A stretch of DNA of 20,000 bases from Archaeoglobus sp. JdFR-37 (GTDB taxonomy: Archaea > Halobacteriota > Archaeoglobi > Archaeoglobales > Archaeoglobaceae): contig MTMY01000004.1 in assembly GCA_002010215.1 (NCBI GenBank), positions 119,758 through 139,757 on the forward strand, in the 5' to 3' direction. Position 1 is the first letter of the stretch. Each line of letters starts with the position of its first letter. The notes under the pieces were generated by a model. It ran no database searches and was not told the DNA's origin. It was given only the letters and a program-made list of their open reading frames with translations. Position numbers and translations under genes: made by a program. Below are positions 9,752-16,629 of the stretch, one piece after another.

Positions 9752-9885
9752 TTCTTGGTTCCTAAGTATGCTGTTGTTTTGGGTTGCGGATTCTGACTCT
9801 GGATGGGGCCTAAATGGTGAAGTGTGACGAGAAGTCGTAACACCTAAAATCTCACTCCGCTGACAAATTCCGAAACACGTAAAAA

Positions 9886-9892
9886 TTATTAA
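9886..9892 (+). promoter_or_regulatory. Probable TATA box of leaderless mqnP transcript
   Basis: A-rich BRE-like tract then TTATTAA 22-28 nt upstream of ATG 9914; no RBS. Confidence 0.45.
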
Positions 9893-9913
9893 TTCACCAC
9901 TTTTTCGCCTTCT

Positions 9914-10783
9914 ATGCTTCACAAACTCAGACTTTACGCTGATTTCATCAAAATTGAACATACTTTATTTGCCCTCCCTTTCGCCTATGCAGGAGCTTTG
10001 CTGGCAGCTGAAGGGTGGTTTGGATGGAGAATATTCATTCTGATACTCACAGCCTTTACAGGGCTGAGAACTGCAGCGATGTCCTTCAACCGGATAATTG
10101 ACAGAGAGATCGACGCAAAGAATCCAAGGACAATGTACCGCCACCTTCCAGCAGGGTTGATATCATTGAGAGAAGCCTATACGATTGCCACAATCTCATT
10201 AGCTGTCTATTTCCTCTCCGCATATTTCATCAATGAAACTGCCTTTCTGCTCTCACCCATTCCAGCCATAACTGCTTATGTTTACCCTTACCTCAAAAGA
10301 TACACATGCCTTTCCCACTTCGTTCTGGGCCTCAATCTTGCCTATGCTCCCGGAGGTGGGTGGGTTTCCGTTACAAATTCGGTTGACATTTTTGGCAGTG
10401 AATTTGTTCCCTTTATCCTTGGAATCGCCGTAATTTTTTGGGTTGCAGGCTTTGATATGATATATGCTCTGCAGGACGTGGAATTCGACAAAAAGTATGG
10501 TCTGCACTCCCTACCAGCACATTTCGGAGAAGAGTTTGCAGTGCTAGCATCAGAAACCTCCCATGCTGTATTCTTCCTGCTACTACTGATTTCATTCGCC
10601 GCTTATGGATTTGATGCTATCTTCAAAGCAGGCTTGGTAATAATTGCCATACTACTAGTGATCGAACACTACATAGTCAGAACAGGTGTTGATGAAAAGA
10701 GAATCCAGATTTCTTTCTTCTATCTGAATGCAGCTATAAGTGCCACATTGCTTCTATCCATCGCTATTGGGACTATTCTTTAG
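9914..10783 (+). CDS. mqnP: UbiA-family prenyltransferase, MqnP type (futalosine menaquinone pathway)
   Basis: IKIEHTLFALPFAY N-terminus, NRIIDREIDAKNPRT, YPYLKR, WVAGFDMIYALQDVEFD Asp-rich motifs. Confidence 0.85.
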   Translation: MLHKLRLYADFIKIEHTLFALPFAYAGALLAAEGWFGWRIFILILTAFTGLRTAAMSFNRIIDREIDAKNPRTMYRHLPAGLISLREAYTIATISLAVYFLSAYFINETAFLLSPIPAITAYVYPYLKRYTCLSHFVLGLNLAYAPGGGWVSVTNSVDIFGSEFVPFILGIAVIFWVAGFDMIYALQDVEFDKKYGLHSLPAHFGEEFAVLASETSHAVFFLLLLISFAAYGFDAIFKAGLVIIAILLVIEHYIVRTGVDEKRIQISFFYLNAAISATLLLSIAIGTIL

Positions 10784-11476
10784 CCTTCTATCCTTAGCAT
10801 TCTCAATAGCTTTCTCAATGGCTCTCTTATGAACATTTGCCGCTCTGTGGATTTTCCCGTCGATACCACGGGATGCGTAGCACGGATAAATCTGGGTAAA
10901 ATATCCAGCCTTACTGGGGGCTTCTTCAACGCTTATACCCTCGAGCCTTTCAGCCACAAAGAAGCTGCTGCCGCATATAGCACCTCTTTTAACCCTCACT
11001 TCCTTGATTTTCCCATCTTCTATCTCAACTTCGAACTCTGGCATGCCATAGGCTTCGATGAATTCACTGATGTCTTCATCCTCGATGTATGGTGTGGCGC
11101 AGCAGATGTCTTCCCACAGCACTCTGATGCCATATCTGCCAGCAACCTCTTTTATCTGGGCTCTGGATCCGCTTTTAGAGCCTCCTGGCAGAATTACCAA
11201 CCTCGCCCCCTTCTCGGCTGCAAGCTTTATTATCTCGAGGTTTATGTCTGGATGTAATGCATAGCTTATGAGGATGTTTGCAGAAAGCACTTCTTCAGGT
11301 ATTGATTTCACTATTTCCTCAGGCTCGTCAATCACCGGTGGAAGATTTGTCGGCAACTCGTAACTTACAATATCGAAACGTCTTGCAATCATTTCCATTG
11401 CTCTTTTCCCGTACTTTCCCCTAAGCAGTATTCCGATTTTCAGATTATTCTTAGAGGTTTGGGAGGCTTTGGTCAT
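10754..11476 (-). CDS. DUF166 family protein (conserved Cys/His; function unknown)
   Basis: GKYGKR, LPPVIDEPEE, HPD, DICC, GAICGSSFFVA, YPCYASRG, IHRAANVH pattern recalled for DUF166; ATGA overlap with cooC stop. Confidence 0.7.
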   Translation of the reverse strand: MTKASQTSKNNLKIGILLRGKYGKRAMEMIARRFDIVSYELPTNLPPVIDEPEEIVKSIPEEVLSANILISYALHPDINLEIIKLAAEKGARLVILPGGSKSGSRAQIKEVAGRYGIRVLWEDICCATPYIEDEDISEFIEAYGMPEFEVEIEDGKIKEVRVKRGAICGSSFFVAERLEGISVEEAPSKAGYFTQIYPCYASRGIDGKIHRAANVHKRAIEKAIENAKDRRLKNSPNSDG

Positions 11477-12219
11477 GATATCATCCTCATTAAGTTCTCC
11501 TTAATCTCGATAAAGGGATCGAGTCTGCAAACTCTGTATGGCGGTTTGTTTTCAAGGTCTGCCATAACAAAGCATTGATCGTAGGGTATTATTCCAAGCA
11601 GCGGATGCTCTATCTCCTCAACCAGCTCTCTCGCCTTCTCACTCTCCACAAATTTGTTGACTACTACTGCAATTCTCTCAATTCCTATATCGCTGGCAAG
11701 CTTCTCAATTCTTTTCAGGGTCTCCACTGCTCTGCTTCCGGGCTCTATCACAGCAATGAGGATATCAACTCCCTTAGCAGTTCCCCTGCCAAGATGCTCT
11801 ATCCCTGCTTCCATATCCAGCAGCAAAACATCCTTTTCTTTAAAGATGGCGTGTCTGAGTATGGCACGAAGAAAGGCGTTTTCAGGGCAGAAACATCCTT
11901 CTCCACCCTTCTCAATAGTTCCAAGCACCAAAACCCTCACACCATCGTCATTTTTAACGCTGTACTCTTCAAATATATCATCTACTTTGGGATTGAGCTT
12001 GTAAGTACCAAGAGGGCCATAAACCCTCTCTTTAATAACATCTTCAAGTTCGGACAAAGGGGTGACCCTGTCCTTAACGCCAAGAGCTGACGGGAGGTTA
12101 ATTGAGGAATCACAATCTATAGCCGTAACCCTGTATCCATCCTTGGCAAGGAGGTAGGCCAGCACAGCTGTTAGGGTTGTTTTCCCAACTCCGCCTTTTC
12201 CTGAAATTGCAACTTTCAC
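11473..12219 (-). CDS. cooC: CooC/AcsF nickel-insertion ATPase (CODH/ACS maturation factor)
   Basis: Deviant Walker A SGKGGVGKTT, IDCD, metal-binding GCFCPEN, DMEAGIEHLGRG, VVNK. Confidence 0.92.
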   Translation of the reverse strand: MKVAISGKGGVGKTTLTAVLAYLLAKDGYRVTAIDCDSSINLPSALGVKDRVTPLSELEDVIKERVYGPLGTYKLNPKVDDIFEEYSVKNDDGVRVLVLGTIEKGGEGCFCPENAFLRAILRHAIFKEKDVLLLDMEAGIEHLGRGTAKGVDILIAVIEPGSRAVETLKRIEKLASDIGIERIAVVVNKFVESEKARELVEEIEHPLLGIIPYDQCFVMADLENKPPYRVCRLDPFIEIKENLMRMIS

Positions 12220-12245
12220 AAAATCCCCCTCGACGGGAGGATTTT
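12220..12245 (-). promoter_or_regulatory. Inverted repeat directly upstream of cooC GTG start
   Basis: Minus strand AAAATCCTCC-CGTCGA-GGGGGATTTT-GTG: 10-bp stem with one G-U pair. Confidence 0.55.
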
Positions 12246-12258
12246 AACATTTGTGGAA

Positions 12259-12439
12259 TTTTGCATGTTTTTGCATCTGGCTACGTTGGACCTTCCTTGG
12301 ACCTCACGTTGGATGCATTTGGTACAGATGCCTAGATGACCTAGATGACAGTACTACATAATCATGACATTGTTGAATATTGTTGAATACTAAATTCTAA
12401 AAACGGGGTGCCGAAAATTGTTGACGGCGGTGACGGCGG
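12259..12439. repeat. Series of unrelated short tandem duplications
   Basis: TTTTGCAT (12259, 12269), TTGGACCT (12286, 12297), CCTAGATGA (12331, 12340), ATTGTTGAAT (12369, 12379), TGACGGCGG (12422, 12431). Confidence 0.75.
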
Positions 12440-12471
12440 GAATGGTGCTACAACTACCAGCGGCACCCCAT
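12399..12471 (-). ncRNA. Candidate ~70-nt small RNA closed by a 9-bp GC stem
   Basis: GGGGTGCCG (12405-12413) and CGGCACCCC (12461-12469) form a perfect inverted repeat. On the minus strand it is preceded by CCGCAACACTTATCAA (BRE/TATA-like) and followed by TTTTT. Confidence 0.4.
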
Positions 12472-12603
12472 TATATACTTCAACGTAATGTTGATAAGTG
12501 TTGCGGTGGATTGGTAAAACATGCAATTACTCTTAAGCCTCATTCTTTCATTTTCAACAGTTAAGAAAAAAGCTTAAATTGTATGAGGTGTCTGGTCTTC
12601 TGG

Positions 12604-12990
12604 ATGAAATACTTAGCTATTGCAGTGATTCTTGCTATTGCGATAACTCACGTAAACGCCTATTACGGAGTTAATGGAACAAAAGTAGAGTTTCAGTACT
12701 CTCTTAGCCCTTTTGAGAAGCTTACTATATTCCTTTTCGGAGCTGAAGATTTGAAAGACAGAATCCTCTCACTTGTAAATTCTACATCCTACGAAATTCT
12801 GAACATCGGTTACGATTCTGCAACCCTTCTGTTTCCTGTTAGCTACATTAACGGGACGTATTTCTTTGAAGGAGTCGAGCTGAATGAGGAGATGAATATA
12901 ACTCTCTATTACCCCGGAAACGTGACTTTAGAAATCTATTCTTCTAAAATTCCAGCCTCAGCTATCACTTCTCTTGAGCTGGAAGTTTAA
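12604..12990 (+). CDS. Small secreted/surface hypothetical protein
   Basis: Signal-peptide-like MKYLAIAVILAIAITHVNA; five N-x-S/T sequons; AAAAAGCTTAAAT promoter-like box 12567-12579 favours ATG 12604 over 12583. Confidence 0.7.
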   Translation: MKYLAIAVILAIAITHVNAYYGVNGTKVEFQYSLSPFEKLTIFLFGAEDLKDRILSLVNSTSYEILNIGYDSATLLFPVSYINGTYFFEGVELNEEMNITLYYPGNVTLEIYSSKIPASAITSLELEV

Positions 12991-13615
12991 TCACCCTTTT
13001 GATATAGACAGGAGGGATTTCTTCAGCCAAAGCGATGAAGCTATTGACCTTTATTATCCTTATTCCTTCTTCCCTGGCCCTCTTGGCGTCGATCTCCAGT
13101 ATCATGGGCTCATCGGTTCTTAGTCTAGCAACCTCCTCACTCTTCTCAATAGTCGTTGAAAGGTGGACATAAGTCTGGTTGACAGGCTTTATGCCTATCT
13201 CCAGCAACCTTATGGCCTCTTCCTCACCTGTTCCATAATACAGAACTTCCTCCTCAGCAGGTGGATAGTCTGAAAGTTTAACCTTCACGCTATGACCATA
13301 CTTGGCTCTGATCCTATCTCCCTTCAGCTCATACCTCTGCTTGGGATCACTGTACACCAGTGCTTTCACAAGCCACTGATTTGCCCACTTATATTTCCTC
13401 CTGACAGCCCTGACGAGGGCATCAAAGCTAACCCACCCATCTTCATCCATTTCTATCCCAAATCTTTCGGGAAAGTGCCTGAGAATTCCGGAAACGAACC
13501 TGCCAAGCTTTTCGACTCCGTCCTTATTTAGAATAACTTCTCCTCTGTAATCGCACTCAGGGCAGTTTTCACCCCTATAAAAGCCGTGTTCTGGGCAGAT
13601 TCTTATGTCTTCCAT
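12965..13615 (-). CDS. kptA: RNA 2'-phosphotransferase (Tpt1/KptA) with N-terminal Cys/His zinc-ribbon-like motif
   Basis: SGILRHFP, KQRYE, RIRAKYGHSV, YVHLS; the Arg-His-Arg-Arg catalytic set is present. Confidence 0.92.
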   Translation of the reverse strand: MEDIRICPEHGFYRGENCPECDYRGEVILNKDGVEKLGRFVSGILRHFPERFGIEMDEDGWVSFDALVRAVRRKYKWANQWLVKALVYSDPKQRYELKGDRIRAKYGHSVKVKLSDYPPAEEEVLYYGTGEEEAIRLLEIGIKPVNQTYVHLSTTIEKSEEVARLRTDEPMILEIDAKRAREEGIRIIKVNSFIALAEEIPPVYIKRVIKLPAQEK

Positions 13616-14117
13616 GATCTCTCACCATCCAAAGCAGTGCCGAAATTGCCCCCATCGCGGAACATGTTTCAAGACTTACCCCACTGAACGTGACATCAAG
13701 GTGATACTTTGAACTTTTCAGATATTCTTTAGGTAAACCCTTTCTCCCAAGACCGATTAAAAATGTTGCGGATGAGTCCAGAAGTTTCCAAAGAGATTCC
13801 ATGTCCAGCCTCTTTTGCTGGCTGGGCTTTGATGTAGTTGCAACCACAGTTCCGAAGTGGGCCGGGATTTTTTCCACTAGGTGCACCCACCCCTTCTCCA
13901 GCAGTTTTACCGCATACTCACCATGCTCTCCAATGGTTGTATACTCCCTTACAGCCTCAATCATCTCCTCCTCCCTCTCCCAGAAGTCAAAGTCAAGGAG
14001 GGCCAGATGCATGTTGTAAGCATAGCATAGAGGTGCAGCTCTTGCTATACTTCTCAGATGAATTTCGTGGAGCTTGAGCTTGTCATAGGTGTTTACGAGG
14101 CAGAGGGTTATCATCAT
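13575..14117 (-). CDS. DUF531 family protein, predicted SPOUT-class RNA methyltransferase
   Basis: VNTYDK, RSIARAAPLCYAY, VATTSKP, LIGLGRKGLP, HLDVTFSGVSLETCSAMG (SPOUT-knot-like C-terminus). Confidence 0.75.
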   Translation of the reverse strand: MMITLCLVNTYDKLKLHEIHLRSIARAAPLCYAYNMHLALLDFDFWEREEEMIEAVREYTTIGEHGEYAVKLLEKGWVHLVEKIPAHFGTVVATTSKPSQQKRLDMESLWKLLDSSATFLIGLGRKGLPKEYLKSSKYHLDVTFSGVSLETCSAMGAISALLWMVRDHGRHKNLPRTRLL

Positions 14118-14183
14118 TTAGAGTAGGATGGAGTGTTAAAAAATTGAGGGTTGTATTTCACAGATACTAAAATCACCTTACAA

Positions 14184-15845
14184 TCACCTTGCCCCGAAAC
14201 GCTCCCTCCAGTCGGGTATCTCCTTATCCCTGTCCCATCCATGATCTTCCTTCTCTTTCTCTTCCTCCTTAAGCTGCCATTTCTTTATTCTGCCTGTAGG
14301 CGTGTATGGGAAACTCTCAACGAATTCTATGTAGCGTGGAATCTTGAAGTAAGCCACCTTTCCTGCCATGTACTCTATTATCTCCTCCGGCTTTATCTCA
14401 ATTCCTTCCTTGGGCTTGATGAATGCTTTTATCTCCTCTCCCCTTAGCCTGTCTGGAACTGGCACAACAGCGACATCCTGAACCTTTGGATGGCTCTTGA
14501 TGACGTCTTCAATCTCCCAGCTTGCTATATTTTCCCCACTTCTCCTGACTATGAACTTCTTGCGGTCAACAAAATAGAGGTAGCCATCCTCATCCATCGT
14601 GACAAAATCTCCGCTGTAGAGCCAACCGTCTCGAATTGTTTCAGCCGTCTTTTCTGGGTCTTTCCAATATCCCAACATCTGAGCAGGACTTTTTCTTATC
14701 AGCTCTCCTACCTTGCCCCTCTCCACTTCATTCCCAGCTTCGTCCACAACCTTCACTTCATGCCCCAGATCAGGGAATACTGGTACTCCAAAGCTTCCAA
14801 TCTTCTTGTAGGGATGGGGCGGATTCAGGCATGGCAGAGGCTCCTCTGTCTGGCTGTAGCCTTCAAGCACCTCAACACCAAACCGCTCCTCAAACTTGAG
14901 CCAGATTTCCTTGGGCATTCCGCCTATTATCACGTATTTTGCAGGGTTATCCTTCTCGAATTCGGTAGGAGGTAAAGCGTAGAGTATGTTGGCCATTGAA
15001 CCGAGCAGATTGAAGGCTGTGGCTCCATATGTTGATACGTCCTCCCAGAATTTGGATGCAGAGAAAATGCTCCTTAGAGTTATCCTTCCGCCTGCAAACA
15101 TCATGCCAAGACTGGAATATATCTGGGCGTTGATGTGGAAGAGAGGCAAGCCAGTATAATCATTGTCATCCTCGCCGATCATCCACAGCGTGATGGCCTT
15201 TGCAGAGAGAGTGTAGGAGTAGTTTGAGAGGACAGCACCCTTGGGCAGCCCTGTTGTGCCCGAGGTGTAGATTATCGCCACAGGATCATTTTTCGAAATG
15301 CTCACATCCGGGTTCTTTGTTGAGCCATCAAGTTGGTCGAGAGTCTGATATTCTGATGAGTCGCCCCTCACAATGATTCTTTCCAGATGTGGAAGCTTAT
15401 CCTTTATACTTTCCACAATGGGGAGCAAATCCTCCTCAACTATTATCGTTGAAGACTCGCTGTTCCCGATAACATGCCTTGCGTCAAATTCGCGATAAAA
15501 CCAGTTTACAGGCACCTCAACAGCCCCAATTTTCGCGCATGCATAAATGCACCGCAGATAATCCAGAGAGTTTCTCAGATACAGAGAAACCCTGTCACCT
15601 TTTTTAACACCTAAATCCATCAACGCATTCCCTATTCTGCTGGCATCTCTGTTCAGCTCCTCATATGTGATTTTTTCTCCTGTATCTGCGAATATAGCGT
15701 AATCTTTACTCCCATTAAGCTTAGCAGCAGCCTCAACCGCTTCTTTAACAGTGTCAGCCCTGGCCATTTCCTCCGGCAGATTTTTGATGGCATAGCTATA
15801 TGTGGGCCATCCTGCCAGCTCGCCTTCCTTTATAATAAAAGAGAT
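14184..15845 (-). CDS. AMP-forming acyl-CoA ligase, CaiC-like subfamily; first ATG is 15767 but the frame is open to 15863 and a probable ATC start lies at 15845
   Basis: YTSGTTGLPKG, LPLFHINAQ, FSASKFW, EGYSQTE, GWLYSGD, DRKKFIVRRSGENI, TPTGRIKK. Confidence 0.93.
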   Translation of the reverse strand: MSFIIKEGELAGWPTYSYAIKNLPEEMARADTVKEAVEAAAKLNGSKDYAIFADTGEKITYEELNRDASRIGNALMDLGVKKGDRVSLYLRNSLDYLRCIYACAKIGAVEVPVNWFYREFDARHVIGNSESSTIIVEEDLLPIVESIKDKLPHLERIIVRGDSSEYQTLDQLDGSTKNPDVSISKNDPVAIIYTSGTTGLPKGAVLSNYSYTLSAKAITLWMIGEDDNDYTGLPLFHINAQIYSSLGMMFAGGRITLRSIFSASKFWEDVSTYGATAFNLLGSMANILYALPPTEFEKDNPAKYVIIGGMPKEIWLKFEERFGVEVLEGYSQTEEPLPCLNPPHPYKKIGSFGVPVFPDLGHEVKVVDEAGNEVERGKVGELIRKSPAQMLGYWKDPEKTAETIRDGWLYSGDFVTMDEDGYLYFVDRKKFIVRRSGENIASWEIEDVIKSHPKVQDVAVVPVPDRLRGEEIKAFIKPKEGIEIKPEEIIEYMAGKVAYFKIPRYIEFVESFPYTPTGRIKKWQLKEEEKEKEDHGWDRDKEIPDWRERFGAR

Positions 15846-15868
15846 ACTACCACCCCCAAACCTTTAAC

Positions 15869-15901
15869 CTTTTATAACTATTATTTATGAGCAAATACAA
15901 A
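15869..15901 (-). promoter_or_regulatory. 33-bp promoter/operator cassette, copy 1 (upstream of CoA ligase)
   Basis: Minus strand TTTGTATTTGCTCATAAATAATAGTTATAAAAG; 29/33 identical to + strand 16666-16698. Confidence 0.75.
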
Positions 15902-15919
15902 TCCTTTGAGTCCTTATTT

Positions 15920-15936
15920 TGAGCATACTTTGCTCA
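15920..15936. promoter_or_regulatory. Palindromic operator candidate TGAGCA-N5-TGCTCA
   Basis: TGAGCA 15920-15925, TACTT, TGCTCA 15931-15936; the same hexamer recurs at 15888, 16631, 16641 and 16674. Confidence 0.6.
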
Positions 15937-16061
15937 TGCAGGTTAGAAAACTCCTTCCAGGGATTTTTTGACTCAAATATGGCTTATAAGCCCTCACAGA
16001 AAGGAAAATCCCTATGAATCTCTCCGAAAATCTTTTGAAGTAAGATTGTAAATTCAATATC

Positions 16062-16619
16062 ATGCCAAAAAGGCGTTTACAAACAACTCTTAGTGAAGAA
16101 GCTTTTAAAATCATCGAAAAGTATCGCTCCAAATACGGCGGGATGAATGAGGTGATTGAGGAGGCGCTTAAACAGATGGACAGCGGTTTGAACAGGTTAA
16201 GTGAGAATGACAGGTTGCTTATGGATTTGATAAGAAGTCTGGATTTCACTGCATGTGGTAAAAACCAATACCTCTATCTGATTCTCGGTGACAGGAAAAA
16301 GGCTGTTGAAGAGAGCATGATGGAGACTGCAGTTGAATGGTATCTTAAAAAGCCACTCAAAGAGACAACTCTGGAAGAGTTTCTCAGAACCGTTGAAAAT
16401 GGTTGGAAAGCCCTCAATAGAGTTGAATACGTTGAGATAACAAAAGGTGAGAACTGGATCCAGTGGCTCTGCTACCATACAATGCGCCACAGAGAGGTGA
16501 GTGAGTTCTTGGCGAGACACATCACGTACATCTACGAGAAGTATTTTGCCAACGAGTGGGATATTGTAGAGAACATAACTCCTAACGGTTTCCTTCTGAA
16601 GTTTTACAGAAAGGGATGA
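16062..16619 (+). CDS. Putative transcription regulator: N-terminal ribbon-helix-helix plus C-terminal possible ligand-binding domain
   Basis: KRRLQTTLSEEAFKIIEKY...GGMNEVIEEALKQM fits the strand-helix-helix RHH pattern; sits between divergent catabolic genes; TTTTGAA box at 16033-16039 suggests a leaderless mRNA. Confidence 0.65.
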   Translation: MPKRRLQTTLSEEAFKIIEKYRSKYGGMNEVIEEALKQMDSGLNRLSENDRLLMDLIRSLDFTACGKNQYLYLILGDRKKAVEESMMETAVEWYLKKPLKETTLEEFLRTVENGWKALNRVEYVEITKGENWIQWLCYHTMRHREVSEFLARHITYIYEKYFANEWDIVENITPNGFLLKFYRKG

Positions 16620-16629
16620 TTACTTTTAT

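Noticed and set aside
9831..9842. GAAGTCGTAACA, identical to the conserved 16S rRNA 1492 region; also ATGGTGA(9814)...CTGA(9860) as a possible C/D guide RNA
   Set aside because: The match is only ~12 nt with no flanking rRNA similarity; no recognisable C'/D' boxes, and the antisense strand lacks a D box after the match
9724..9843. 40-aa N-terminal extension of CitG given in the ORF track
   Set aside because: Not family-like, and a TATA box lies at the right distance upstream of ATG 9723
12259..12439. CRISPR array or degenerate array
   Set aside because: Repeats are 8-10 bp, mutually unrelated and adjacent; no 24-40-bp repeat with spacers; no cas genes
12405..12470. tRNA or tRNA fragment (GGGGTGC...GCACCCCA looks like an acceptor stem ending in CCA)
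   Set aside because: Only 66 nt, no TTCRA T-loop, no D-arm/anticodon arm geometry
12408..12564. Small + strand ORFs (GTG 12408, 26 aa; ATG 12442, 40 aa) and a minus-strand MGCRW micro-ORF
   Set aside because: No recognisable protein features or convincing promoter; better explained by the RNA-like stem
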